In this document: positions 49,479-59,744 of the stretch, piece after piece | Layout: every line of letters begins with the position of its first letter | Numbering within the stretch: the stretch's first letter is position 1 | NCBI GenBank assembly: GCA_963726255.1 | Contig: CAVSBL010000002.1 | Coordinates: forward strand, 992,001 to 1,056,000 | DNA: 64,000 nt | Source of the DNA: Candidatus Bathyarchaeota archaeon | GTDB taxonomy: Archaea; Thermoproteota; Bathyarchaeia; 40CM-2-53-6 | Reading direction: 5' to 3' | Made by a program: the position numbers and the translations under genes | The notes under the pieces: model-generated | The model's database searches: none | Told to the model about the DNA's origin: nothing | The model's input: the letters and a program-made list of their open reading frames with translations, nothing else

Positions 49479-50267
49479 ATGAGTTCAGAAGTTTGGCGGC
49501 TGCTGGATTGCAGCCATGATTCGGTGTTCGAGAACCTTGCTATCGAAGAAGCACTGGCTCGGAGTGCGGGCTCGAAGAACTTCAGACCGACAATCCGCCT
49601 CTGGGTCAATCCCCAGAGCGTGATTCTCGGACGTTTTCAAAATCCTTCAGCCGAAGTCAACACGTTGCTCTGTCAACAAAATGGCATTCCGCTCGCAAGA
49701 CGTTTTACAGGTGGAGGTGCAGTGTTCCATGACGAAGGAAACCTTAACTTCACACTCGTTGCCCAACCTGAAATTGGAACTAGCCTGACTAAACTTAACG
49801 AAACTTCTTCCGCCATCATTCTCGAAGCCCTTCGCGGCCTAGGTTTGAAGGGGAGCCTTCTCCCGCCAAATTCAATCGTAGTTGGGGAGAAGAAGGTGTC
49901 GGGGGCTGCTGGAGCGTTGGGCAAAGGATTTGCGCTTTGGCATAGCTCAATCTTAGTTTCCACGAACATCAGCCTCCTAGAATTGGTTCTCGCGCCGAGC
50001 AGGGAAACTAACGAAACACGCTACGTGCACAGTCGATGGCATGCCGTAACCAATCTTCAGAACGCCTCAGGCCACTCGGTGAGGGTCAACGACGTCAAGT
50101 CCGAGCTCATCAAATCTGCACAAAAGATTCTACGTGTCAACCTTCGGGCAGATCGGCTACGCGAGGACGAAGAAAGACTGTTTAGAAGTTTATACACTCG
50201 GAAATATTCCTTGCCCGACTGGAACCAGAACGGTAAGTACAGAGAAATTCGAGAAGGGCCAGAGTGA
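49479..50267 (+). CDS. Lipoate-protein ligase A family protein
   Basis: NLAIEEAL, RRFTGGGAVFHDEGNLN, KKVSGAA. Confidence 0.9.
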   Translation: MSSEVWRLLDCSHDSVFENLAIEEALARSAGSKNFRPTIRLWVNPQSVILGRFQNPSAEVNTLLCQQNGIPLARRFTGGGAVFHDEGNLNFTLVAQPEIGTSLTKLNETSSAIILEALRGLGLKGSLLPPNSIVVGEKKVSGAAGALGKGFALWHSSILVSTNISLLELVLAPSRETNETRYVHSRWHAVTNLQNASGHSVRVNDVKSELIKSAQKILRVNLRADRLREDEERLFRSLYTRKYSLPDWNQNGKYREIREGPE

Positions 50268-50268
50268 T

Positions 50269-50508
50269 TTACACAACTATCGCTGTGTGAGTGCGTTCAA
50301 CGCCCTTCACGGATTGGACCTTTCTTATCACCAGTTCAGACAGGGTCGTCATATCTTTCATTTCCAAGTATGCGATGACATCGTAAAGGCCGGTCACCGC
50401 GTGAACCATTTTCACACCACGAACCTTCGCGATTGCTCTTGCCACTGACCGTGAACGTCCTAGCTCTGCCTGAACCAATACGAATGCCTTCACAACCATG
50501 GAAAACAC
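50269..50508 (-). CDS. Stand-alone Lrp/AsnC ligand-binding domain protein
   Basis: KAFVLV...VTGLYDVIA...GVERTHTAIV. Confidence 0.87.
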   Translation of the reverse strand: MFSMVVKAFVLVQAELGRSRSVARAIAKVRGVKMVHAVTGLYDVIAYLEMKDMTTLSELVIRKVQSVKGVERTHTAIVV

Positions 50509-50628
50509 AACTCCGAGCAGGTGCTAAGGCCTACTTAAAAGGAATTGAGGGCGTCGCTACGCGTACTACAGTTCGAACAAGGGATTGAATCTCAGTAAAC
50601 CCCAAATAGGGACGGCCCGTTTTGCTAA

Positions 50629-51772
50629 GTGATTGGAATGCGAGAAGGTTACTTACCTAAGTTCGCGGTTGCAGTTCTTATTTTGGCCGCTGTCGCAATC
50701 ATATTGTCGGGGCAGGCTGGTCACGTGGCAGCTACTACGAGTAGTACGCCGCAAAACTACTGCAATAGTTACGGTTACTACGATACGAGCTACTATTACT
50801 GGTACCCGTATTCTTACTACTACAGCTACGGCTACCCCTATGATTGCTATTACAACAACTACGGTTACTACTACGGTTACCCGTACTATTACTACGGATA
50901 CTCTTACTATAACCAGCCCTCGAATTATCAATTAACCGTCGCGACTGACCCAGCGAACATTGCGACTGTAACTGGCGGCGGAACGTTCTCCCAAGGAAGC
51001 TCCGCATCATTCTCAGTGACGCAGACTATTGTGCAATCCTCCTCGAATACTCGGTACGTTTTCTCCCATTGGAGTGGAGACTATTCAGGCGTCGGAAGCA
51101 GCGGCACAATAACCATGAATGGGGCGAGGAAAGTTACCGCAGTTTACCAATTGCAATATTATCTGAACGTAAACGCGCAACAGAACGCGCCGGTACCCGA
51201 AGGCACTGGATGGTACAATGCAGGCGACACGGCCACGTTGACGAGCGGAAGCCAGATGATCGGCGATAGCTCGAGCAGACTCGTCTTCCAAGGCTGGAGC
51301 GTTGACGGCGGGAGCACCCAGAGCGGGTCCTCCTTCTCGGTGAAAATGGACGCACCCCACAGCGTGTCCACCCAATACAAGCAGCAGTATTACCTCCAAG
51401 TTCTAACCGACCAAGGTGCCCCCTACGGGGCCGGATGGTATGACGCTGGCAGCACAGCCCAGATCTATGTATCGACCCCCGTCAGCACATCATACGGCGT
51501 CAGCATCATCTTCAACGGCTGGCAGGGTGATATCCAATCCAACAGCCAATCGACAACCGTACAAATGGACAAGCCCAAAACCGCCATCGCGCTCTTGGCG
51601 CACCGATTCCACGGTCCTCTACCTAACAATCGCCATAGGAGTAATCGCGGTTCTCGTCGCTGCGGCAATCATCGCATTTTCCGCGGCCGCGCGAAAACGC
51701 AACTCATCTCATCCAGCACCATCGAGGCCTACATCCACCTCAGAGAACCATACCAGGAAAAAAGCCGATTAA
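50629..51772 (+). CDS. Secreted, TM-anchored protein with Tyr-rich N-terminus and InlB-B-like repeats (frameshift near 51593)
   Basis: Signal peptide, Tyr-rich tract, repeated QYYL.V....G.GWY.AG...F.GW.G units. Natural ending SWRTDSTVLYLTIAIGVIAVLVAAAII...RKR lies in the 51416-51772 frame. Confidence 0.75.
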
Positions 51773-51861
51773 CGGCGCAAAATAGAACGCGCACTGTTCG
51801 GTTCGCACTGCAAGCTCTAATACCTCTTCGTTTCTTGCACGGCCGTTGAGAGGCCTTAGGT

Positions 51862-53016
51862 TTGAATGTGCCAGAGGTAAGACAACAAATCCCCCTTCTC
51901 ACCAACAACGTCTACCTCGACAACGCGGGAGCAGGCCCGCCACCGGTCAGCGTGCACGCCGCAATGCAATCATTTCTGGCCGAATGGAGGGACTACGGCG
52001 AGAAATGGGAAGCCTGGCTCCTGGAAATCGTAAGGGCACGCGAACTGTTCGCCAGCCTCATCAATGCCACTTTGGACGAGGTTGCTTGCGTTCCGAATGT
52101 TTCATCCGGCTTAGCAGCCATCGGAAACGCCCTCCCCTTACAGCGAGGCCAGAACATAGTTGTCAGCGAACTGAACTTTCCCACAAATGTCTACATCTGG
52201 CACGCCATGAAGCGAAAAGGCCTGCTTTCTGAAGTTAGGGTCCTAAAAGCAGAGAACGGGCAAATTCCGATATCGGAATTCGAGAGGGCAATCGATGACC
52301 AAACTGTAGCGGTTTCGCTCGATTATGTTTCATGGATAAACGGTTGCAGAGAGGATGTGCGGGCCATCACCCAGATTGCTCACTCCCACGGTGCACTAAT
52401 GCTAGTCGACGCGTTTCATGCTATCGGCGTTATTCCCGTAGACGCCCGGAAGCTTGGCGTTGATGTGTTGGCCTGCGGGACGTACAAGTGGTTGATGGGC
52501 CCACATGGGACCGCATTTCTCTACGTAAGCCGCGAAGCTTTAGATCAGCTTGACCCTGGAATTGTGGGATGGCACGGCATCTCCGACTCGGTCGTCGCTA
52601 GGGTTCGTTCCAAACAGGAAACCTTCGGACGACCCTTTGACCTTGCTGGCGTTGCACCAGCGAAGGATGCAACGCGGTTTGAATGGGGAACATGGTCAGT
52701 CATCAGCGTCGTTGGCGCAAGGGCCGCGTTAGAATTCACCCTGAAATATGCCCCGGAGGAACGCGAGCCTCTGGTTGAACGGCTAAACGAGCGACTTGTC
52801 GACGGCTTGAGGAGGATAGGAAAGCGAATCACGTCCCCGCTGGAGAAAGGGCGCCGGAGCGGGATCGTCACATTCCAAGTCGATGATGCGGCACAGGTTT
52901 CGAGGAACCTTCAGCAAGCGCACGTGGTGGTCGCACCCAGAGTGAACACGTTACGGGTTTCACCGCACTTTTACAACACAAACAACGAGATAGACACGCT
53001 GCTCGAGAAGCTTTGA
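51862..53016 (+). CDS. Class V PLP aminotransferase / cysteine desulfurase-like
   Basis: YLDNAG, VDAFHAIG, YKWLMGPHG, RFEWGT, RVSPHFYN. Confidence 0.88.
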   Translation: MNVPEVRQQIPLLTNNVYLDNAGAGPPPVSVHAAMQSFLAEWRDYGEKWEAWLLEIVRARELFASLINATLDEVACVPNVSSGLAAIGNALPLQRGQNIVVSELNFPTNVYIWHAMKRKGLLSEVRVLKAENGQIPISEFERAIDDQTVAVSLDYVSWINGCREDVRAITQIAHSHGALMLVDAFHAIGVIPVDARKLGVDVLACGTYKWLMGPHGTAFLYVSREALDQLDPGIVGWHGISDSVVARVRSKQETFGRPFDLAGVAPAKDATRFEWGTWSVISVVGARAALEFTLKYAPEEREPLVERLNERLVDGLRRIGKRITSPLEKGRRSGIVTFQVDDAAQVSRNLQQAHVVVAPRVNTLRVSPHFYNTNNEIDTLLEKL

Positions 53017-53031
53017 CGCGAAGGAAACGAA

Positions 53032-53190
53032 CTAGTTACCTTTGACACGGGTCATGAATTTCTCAGGAACGCCTGGCCGGTGCCTCTCACAATAATACTC
53101 GACCTTGCCAAACATTTCGACCTCCCAGTCAGCTTCCCTGCCGCATAACGGTAGGTTGCATGCTGGCTTGGTTTCCGAATTCTGTGCCAT
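53032..53190 (-). CDS. Small C-x4-C...CxxH metal-binding hypothetical protein
   Basis: CNLPLC...YYCERH in a 52-aa ORF filling the intergenic gap. Confidence 0.5.
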   Translation of the reverse strand: MAQNSETKPACNLPLCGREADWEVEMFGKVEYYCERHRPGVPEKFMTRVKGN

Positions 53191-53272
53191 GGTTGTGCTC
53201 AAAGCCCGTTCGGAACCCTGAAACACGAGGTTTTTCTAAGCTCTTTCGGTTCCCCGTATTCCGAGTGCACGA

Positions 53273-54049
53273 ATGGTGACAGCAATGAAAGCGCTTCAGG
53301 TTAACAATGTGATGAAAAGTTTCGGCGGACTAATGGCGGTCAAAGGCGTCAGCTTTGATGTCGATAGCGGCCAAGTTCTCGGATTGCTAGGACCAAACGG
53401 GTCCGGCAAGTCCACGTTGATGAAAATCATAGTCGGGATCATGAAGCCGGACTCTGGCAGCATTTTGGTTCAGGGGGTGAATGTTGCCGAAGACCCCATC
53501 ACAGTCAAGAGAATGGTGGGTTTCGTGCCTGAGAGCCCTAGGCTGTATGAGTTTCTCACCGGGAACGAGTACCTTGACTTCGTTGCGGACGTCCACGGAC
53601 TCGAGGCGAGCGTCAAGCAGGAACGTATCACGGAATTCTTGAAGGCCTTGGACTTGGAGGGTAGAGAAAACGAGTTGATTCATGGCTACTCACAGGGCAT
53701 GAAACAGAAACTAGCAATCATAGCCGGCCTCCTGCACCGCCCCCAAATTCTAGTACTCGATGAACCCCTTAACGCCTTAGACCCTCGTAGCGCCCGCATA
53801 ACAAAAGACCTAATCCACAAACTTAGGGACGACGGCATCCCAACCATTTTCAGTACGCATGTTCTTGAGATTGCCGATGCCATTTGCGACCGAATCGTAA
53901 TCATGTATGACGGCAAGGTTCTGGAAGAAGGAACCTCAACGGAACTGAGGGCAAAAGGAGGGACATCAGGCTCAACACTCGAAGAAGTCTTCCTGAAGCT
54001 AACCGGAACCTCGGATACTCGGGAAATTGTAGAGGCACTGACCCGATGA
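53273..54049 (+). CDS. ABC transporter ATP-binding protein
   Basis: GPNGSGKST, YSQGMKQK, LVLDEP, STH. Confidence 0.95.
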   Translation: MVTAMKALQVNNVMKSFGGLMAVKGVSFDVDSGQVLGLLGPNGSGKSTLMKIIVGIMKPDSGSILVQGVNVAEDPITVKRMVGFVPESPRLYEFLTGNEYLDFVADVHGLEASVKQERITEFLKALDLEGRENELIHGYSQGMKQKLAIIAGLLHRPQILVLDEPLNALDPRSARITKDLIHKLRDDGIPTIFSTHVLEIADAICDRIVIMYDGKVLEEGTSTELRAKGGTSGSTLEEVFLKLTGTSDTREIVEALTR

Positions 54050-55674
54050 AAATCAGGACGGTATACAAGCTTGCCCTAGTCCTGACGCGCTCCCAAATCC
54101 GGGGAACTCAACGAAACAAAACTTTGGCACGCATCTTTGGCGAACCACGCACAATCATAATCGTAGATTTAGTCCTGCTGATTGCCCTGGGCGTCGCGGG
54201 TTATTCGCTGCTTTTGAGGGGCCCCCCATTCCTTGGCGAGACGATAGCCGGTATGGAGGCGAGCGCCTTAGCCGGGGTACCGGTCGGCATCGCTTCTGCG
54301 GTTATCCTTTTCGGAGTGCTCTATGAAATTAGCCAACCAATTCAGTCCCAAAGTACGGATGTCGTGAACTGGCTTCCAATCTCACCGACGGAGTACGTTG
54401 CAGGCTCCATACTATCCGAATCCTACATTTACTCATTCATGCTCAGCCTATCTCTGGGCCTCTTACTTGGGCCAGCATTAATTTTCGGGATGGGGCAAGT
54501 GTGGCTCGCGGCAGCCTTAATGGCGACTCTCGCCCTAGCGATTGGATCTTGCGTCGTTGAAGTTCTCGACGCGTTAACAAATCGAATCTCCTCGAGTTTC
54601 TACAAGAAGAGCGGACGGTCCGGTATGTTCGTCCGCCTCGTTCTGACCATAATAATATTGGTCTTCGTCCAATTGCTCTTCAGCGGACAGATAATCGGCT
54701 ATCTTCTGCAGAGCGTAATTCAAACAGTTAGGCTTGCGTGGTTTGTTCCCTTAGTGTGGCCTTCCGTTGCTGTGTTGGGCGCTTCCCAAGGGAACGGCTA
54801 CACATTCCTCGCATTCGCGAGCCTAAGCGTCGTCTTCACGCTAGCTTTGTTTGAAGTTGCAACAAACTTCCGCGCAAGGTTCTGGGTGCCTGTTCCCGTT
54901 GCGATCAGGCTCTCTGCTCAGACCTACCATGCCCCCCGCATACGCTTGCAGGTACCTTGGATTGGGCTTGGTGAATCAGCCATTCTCCGGAAAGACCTGC
55001 GTTCGCTGACGAGGAGAAGGGAGATGGCCAGGTTCTTAGCGATTCCTTTCGTCCTAGCTGTCTCCCTGGGCCTTTCATTCTTCCCCCTGGGGAGCGAGTC
55101 GATTGCTGACGCCCCTGGACTGTTGGTGACCGTTCCCATCTACTTGTTTCCCGTAGCGATTTTCGTCGGCCTCCTCTCAATGACCAGCATAGGCCAAGAG
55201 GGATACGCAGTGTGGAACCTGTACGCGGCGCCCATAAAACCAAGTAACCTACTGCGGGCGAAAATGCTGTTTGCCGCAGCCCTGGGCCTGCTATTCGTCG
55301 TGGGCCTGTTGGCCGTGTTCAGCCTAGTGCTGAAATCTCTCGTGACTTATTTCTGGGTTCTTCTTGCGCTCGGAATCGCAGTTGTATTTGAGGAGTCAGC
55401 GATCGGAATTTGTTTTGGGGCTCGATTTCCCGACTTTCGCGAAATGGTTCGAAGCAGGTACGTCAGTGTTTGGGGATCACTCCTAGGCATGCTGGTAGGG
55501 ATTAGTTCGGCAATGCTGACCGCTTCACCGATCATAATCTCGGTCCTGCGATACCACCTGATTCTACCTCAACTCGCCGCTCTCAGCTTCATATTTGCGT
55601 TTGCGGTGTTCGTTGTTGCATCCAAGCTCGCAAACGGTCAAATCAAGCTATTACTTCAGAACATTCGAACCTGA
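54046..55674 (+). CDS. ABC exporter permease
   Basis: Many TM helices, overlaps ATPase stop, SIGQEG...Y.API motif. Confidence 0.8.
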   Translation: MKIRTVYKLALVLTRSQIRGTQRNKTLARIFGEPRTIIIVDLVLLIALGVAGYSLLLRGPPFLGETIAGMEASALAGVPVGIASAVILFGVLYEISQPIQSQSTDVVNWLPISPTEYVAGSILSESYIYSFMLSLSLGLLLGPALIFGMGQVWLAAALMATLALAIGSCVVEVLDALTNRISSSFYKKSGRSGMFVRLVLTIIILVFVQLLFSGQIIGYLLQSVIQTVRLAWFVPLVWPSVAVLGASQGNGYTFLAFASLSVVFTLALFEVATNFRARFWVPVPVAIRLSAQTYHAPRIRLQVPWIGLGESAILRKDLRSLTRRREMARFLAIPFVLAVSLGLSFFPLGSESIADAPGLLVTVPIYLFPVAIFVGLLSMTSIGQEGYAVWNLYAAPIKPSNLLRAKMLFAAALGLLFVVGLLAVFSLVLKSLVTYFWVLLALGIAVVFEESAIGICFGARFPDFREMVRSRYVSVWGSLLGMLVGISSAMLTASPIIISVLRYHLILPQLAALSFIFAFAVFVVASKLANGQIKLLLQNIRT

Positions 55675-55687
55675 ACACGAGATCGTA

Positions 55688-55704
55688 TGGTGGGCCGGAC
55701 CGGA
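55688..55704 (-). repeat. 17-bp copy of tRNA-Val(TAC) 3' end (att-like direct repeat)
   Basis: TGGTGGGCCGGACCGGA identical to 61752-61768. Confidence 0.8.
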
Positions 55705-55760
55705 CTCACCCCTGCGCTGGGTCACGAAGATTCTACGACTGGACCGGAAAAAGTAAGGCC

Positions 55761-56429
55761 TCAGACCCAATCGAAGGTTAACCCAGCGAAAGCCACAAGC
55801 CCCATCCGAATGATCCGGCCCAGGAAGACCGATACAAGAAACAACCAGAGGGGTATCCCAAGTGCTCCAGCCAACAAGCCTGCAACATCGAATGCCGGGT
55901 TAGGAGGCGCTGATACTGCAAAAAGCACTAAGGCCGCCCTCCAAGGTTGGCGCATCTGCCTTTCAATCCAACCGCTAGCCCTAGTTTCTTTGACAGCTCT
56001 GTGGCTTGACCGCCCAACAAAATAGGCGACAGATTCACCAATCGCTGACCCAGCTGCCGCGGCTACGATCACTCCCCAGACGTTCAATGCTTGGGCTAGG
56101 CGGGCAATGACTGGATAGTATGGGACCGGTACGATGACAGTGGCATTCGCGAATGCCGCAACAACGAACGCTCCAACATACCCTAACCGTCCAAGGTGCG
56201 AGATAACTTCCGGAGGCAAGAGAACGTAGACTATTACATTCAGAACCAAGGCGACGAATCCGATTAGCAAAGGCAGTAACCAGCGGCGCCACCTCTTCCC
56301 CCTAACCTTTTGAGAGGGACCGGTGGCCGAAGAGCAAAACCCTACGATTGACTTCCTACCTATGAGCGAGTAACGCCAAAAAAAGTATGGCCGCTTCTCA
56401 ATAATCTTCACATCACCACTACAATTCAT
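55761..56429 (-). CDS. VTT/DedA (SNARE-associated) membrane protein
   Basis: GYVGAF...NATVIVPVPY, GSAIGESVAYFVGR, PNPAFDVAGLLAG. Start uncertain. Confidence 0.8.
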   Translation of the reverse strand: MNCSGDVKIIEKRPYFFWRYSLIGRKSIVGFCSSATGPSQKVRGKRWRRWLLPLLIGFVALVLNVIVYVLLPPEVISHLGRLGYVGAFVVAAFANATVIVPVPYYPVIARLAQALNVWGVIVAAAAGSAIGESVAYFVGRSSHRAVKETRASGWIERQMRQPWRAALVLFAVSAPPNPAFDVAGLLAGALGIPLWLFLVSVFLGRIIRMGLVAFAGLTFDWV

Positions 56430-56623
56430 AATATGAGAATTTCAAGGAAGAGAACGCCCAGAATGTATACCAGAAACGAAATGATGTCACCAAAGTACTT
56501 CCACATCTTGCCGAAGCGATGAGCTGACCACAGGACGACGAACAGCCAAAACATGATAGCGACAGCAACCCATGCTTCAGATCCCTGAGCTGGAATGGGG
56601 GTCTGCAACGCAATCTGTGACAC
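56426..56623 (-). CDS. Small two-TM hypothetical protein
   Basis: Two hydrophobic helices. Confidence 0.45.
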   Translation of the reverse strand: MSQIALQTPIPAQGSEAWVAVAIMFWLFVVLWSAHRFGKMWKYFGDIISFLVYILGVLFLEILIL

Positions 56624-57022
56624 TCGCTCTCACGTCGCTGTGAATGATAAATTGATAGATTTAGATTATCTCATCAGTTTTCAGTCAGTGCAGCAATGAT
56701 TCTATTCTGAACTTGACCTAGCCTACTGCTAGGATATGGCAGACGGACAAGGTGGGGGTCCCCATCTCCGTCCATGTCTGAGGTTGAGGCGCAAGTTCGC
56801 TCATTGATGCCTCAGAGGTTAACCCATGACCCTTATGAGAGTTCGGCGAACACGAAGAGGCTGCTCCCCGACTTTGACTTGTTTTGGCGGGGAAGATTCA
56901 TCATCGGTTTGCGGGACTGTTCGCAACCTGATTGGCATGTGCGTTAAGCTGGATGTTCTCTATTCGAATATAGAGGGTATATGCCGTAATCTTAAGAGAA
57001 ATCTCAACCTCAACTTCCGCGT

Positions 57023-57349
57023 TTGAGAATGCCTTACCTGGTTCTGAACTACAGCAGGTGTGACGGAAATGGTGCGTGTGTAAGCAGTTGCCCTAGCTCG
57101 GTCTTTGAACTGTCGAGCAACGGGCGATGGTGCAAGCCCACAGACACTTCTGTGAAGAACAGTATAGCGCTCGAAAGCTTCTATGAACGCATCCTATCGT
57201 CAGACAGGCTAGTCAACTTAGCTATCCGGTACCATGTACCAGACTGCTATCTTTGCTGGCAATGCATCGGCGCCTGCCCAAACAAAGCCATCGATGTCGA
57301 GTATGATGACTTGGATATTCGAGAACATCTTCTGACAGTAAGCGGTTGA
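57023..57349 (+). CDS. 2x[4Fe-4S] ferredoxin-like protein with long insertion
   Basis: CDGNGACVSSCP and CYLCWQCIGACP. Confidence 0.8.
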   Translation: MRMPYLVLNYSRCDGNGACVSSCPSSVFELSSNGRWCKPTDTSVKNSIALESFYERILSSDRLVNLAIRYHVPDCYLCWQCIGACPNKAIDVEYDDLDIREHLLTVSG

Positions 57350-57374
57350 CCATTCCAGAATAGGGTATGTCCAC

Positions 57375-58985
57375 TTGAAGGGCGACAGGATAACGCAGCA
57401 CCCCGTGGTTACGTTTGACCGCGGAAGCAGAGTCATATTCTATTTCGAAGACAAACCAATCGAGGCTTACGGTAACGAGACAGTTGCGGCTGCACTCTAC
57501 GCAAACGGATTGCGGATATTCAGTCGCAGCATGAAGTACCACCGCCCAAGGGGTTTCTTCTGCGCCATTGGGCGTTGTTCGGCCTGCATGATGACCGTGG
57601 ACAATGTCCCAAACGTCCGGACCTGCATGGTTAACGTGAAGGAAGGAATGCGCGTCACGCGGCAAAGCGGCTTTCCCAATGCCGACCACGACTTGCTGTC
57701 TGTCATGGACAAGTTGGGATTTTACTTCTCCTTGGCCTCCGGCTTCTACCACAGAAAATTGATCCGCCCTGCCTTTCTAAGGCAAACTTACCTCAAGATC
57801 CTCACCAAGTTTGTGGGACTAGGGCGTCTCCCGGCAAAGGAATTGACTAGCAAAGCGGAGAACTCGAAACTCTCGATGGAGACAGATGTTGTCATAATCG
57901 GAGGAGGCCCCGCCGGCCTAACCGCCGCTCTCGAAGCTGGGAAGAGGTGCCCGAATGTGGTCTTGATTGATGATAAGAGGATGCTTGGAGGACAGCTTGT
58001 CAAACAGACGCACCGGTTCTTCGGCGACGCACGACACTACGCAGGTGTCAGGGGAATCCGGATCGCGGAAAGGTTGACAAAACAGATTCGCGAATTGCCG
58101 AACGTTACAACCTTTCTCGATTCTGACGTATTCGGTATCTACGATAGACACATCGTCGCGGCTGCGCTAGAAAATCGCTTACTTAAGATCCGCGGCAAGA
58201 AGATCATCATTGCGACCGGAGCATACGAAAGAACACTAGTCTTCGAGAACAATGACCTTCCGGGAGTTTACGGAGCCGGCGGTGTCCAAACGCTGATGAA
58301 CACCTATGGAATCAAGCCAGGCACAAGAGCACTTGTTGTTGGAACGGGGAACGTTGGCCTCATTCTCTCATACCAGCTGCTCCAAGCTGGCGTGAACGTT
58401 GTGGCCATGGTGGAAGCTCTCCCCCGGATAGGTGGATACTTGGTTCACGCCGCCAAGGTTCGGCGTCAAGGCGTCGAAATCCTGACCTCGCACACAGTTA
58501 TCAAGGCATTAGGGCGAGGCAAGGTTCAGGGCGCTATCATAGCGAAGATCGACAACTCTTTCAACCCAATTCCGGGGACCGAGCGGAAAGTCGACTGTGA
58601 TTTCATCTGTATCGCAGTCGGACTAACGCCCACCTACGAGCACGCGTCCCAAGCAGGTGCACAACTGCAGTTCGTGCCAGAACTTGGTGGATTCGTGGCT
58701 CGTAGAACGAAGTTCATGGAAGTCGCCGATGGAGTCTACGTTGCCGGTGACGTTTCAGGAATCGAGGAAGCGACGACCGCAATGCTCGAAGGGCAGATCG
58801 TTGGTCTCCACGCGGCCCTCACCTTGGGATATGGGCTTCCAAGCGACGAAGAGAAACTGGAGGCCTGGATCAAGCAGCTCAACGACGAACGTTCAGGGCC
58901 TTTCGGCGAAAAGATCCGCCGGGGGCTGCAGAAGGTCATGTTACCAGAGGATATGAAGCTTGGAGTCAAAGCAACAGTATCTTAG
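57375..58985 (+). CDS. Dye-linked L-proline dehydrogenase / sarcosine oxidase alpha-like subunit
   Basis: RPRGFFCAIGRCSAC 2Fe-2S domain, IGGGPAG, LGGQLVKQTH, NNDLPGV, AGDVSGIEEA. Confidence 0.85.
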   Translation: MKGDRITQHPVVTFDRGSRVIFYFEDKPIEAYGNETVAAALYANGLRIFSRSMKYHRPRGFFCAIGRCSACMMTVDNVPNVRTCMVNVKEGMRVTRQSGFPNADHDLLSVMDKLGFYFSLASGFYHRKLIRPAFLRQTYLKILTKFVGLGRLPAKELTSKAENSKLSMETDVVIIGGGPAGLTAALEAGKRCPNVVLIDDKRMLGGQLVKQTHRFFGDARHYAGVRGIRIAERLTKQIRELPNVTTFLDSDVFGIYDRHIVAAALENRLLKIRGKKIIIATGAYERTLVFENNDLPGVYGAGGVQTLMNTYGIKPGTRALVVGTGNVGLILSYQLLQAGVNVVAMVEALPRIGGYLVHAAKVRRQGVEILTSHTVIKALGRGKVQGAIIAKIDNSFNPIPGTERKVDCDFICIAVGLTPTYEHASQAGAQLQFVPELGGFVARRTKFMEVADGVYVAGDVSGIEEATTAMLEGQIVGLHAALTLGYGLPSDEEKLEAWIKQLNDERSGPFGEKIRRGLQKVMLPEDMKLGVKATVS

Positions 58986-59466
58986 CGACGGGATCATCAG
59001 GCTCGAAGACCTGTTGCCTTCGGGGTCTGTTCCTCCTGCAAAACGGCTAAGGGATAAACGGCCTGCAGCAATGATTGAATGCATCGAGGAGATTCCATGC
59101 AATTCATGCGCCATCGCCTGCAAACTTGGCGCCATACAGATGGCAACAGTCAACGACATACCGAAAGTCGATTATGACAAATGTACAGGTTGCATGGCCT
59201 GCGTCATGGTGTGCCCAGGCTTAGCAGTCTTTCTTCTGAGGGCTGCGAACGGAGTCGGGTACGTCACGTTACCGTACGAGTTCCTACCAATTCCGAAAGT
59301 CGGAGAACAAGTAAAAACCCTCAGCCGCGAAGGGACTGTTCTTGGCAAAAGCAGAGTAGCACGAGTCCTACCTCCTGAACGCAACGACGGGACGGCTTTG
59401 GTCACAATAGAGGTTCCGGAGGATTGGCTCTTCGAAGCGAGGGCGATCAAGGTAGAGGGATCATGA
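58960..59466 (+). CDS. [4Fe-4S] subunit of proline dehydrogenase-type complex
   Basis: ECIEEIPCNSCAIAC, CTGCMACVMVCPGLA, LPYEFLP.P. Confidence 0.85.
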   Translation: MESKQQYLSDGIIRLEDLLPSGSVPPAKRLRDKRPAAMIECIEEIPCNSCAIACKLGAIQMATVNDIPKVDYDKCTGCMACVMVCPGLAVFLLRAANGVGYVTLPYEFLPIPKVGEQVKTLSREGTVLGKSRVARVLPPERNDGTALVTIEVPEDWLFEARAIKVEGS

Positions 59467-59744
59467 TGGGAAAGAAGTTCGTCTGCTACTGTGAAGATCT
59501 AACAGAAGAGGACGTGCTGAAAGCCATACGCCTAGGCTACAACGACATCGAAGTTCTCAAGAGGTATACAGGATTCTCCACCGGCCCATGCCAAGGCAAA
59601 ACATGCCTGCTCCAAGTCCTGAGATTGCTCGCCGCAGAGAAGAAACTGAAGCCGTCTGACCAACACATGACCACTCAAAGGCCACTAATCGACCCAGTGC
59701 GACTTGGTGTATTAGCTGGAGACAAGATGAAGTGCACGTCGTAA
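59463..59744 (+). CDS. BFD-like [2Fe-2S] small subunit
   Basis: VCYCEDLT...LKRYT....GPCQGKTC...TQRP. Confidence 0.85.
   Translation: MMGKKFVCYCEDLTEEDVLKAIRLGYNDIEVLKRYTGFSTGPCQGKTCLLQVLRLLAAEKKLKPSDQHMTTQRPLIDPVRLGVLAGDKMKCTS

Noticed and set aside
50750-50935. TAC-rich tract as a microsatellite or DGR variable region
   Set aside because: Synonymous codons are mixed, and there is no template repeat or reverse transcriptase in the window.
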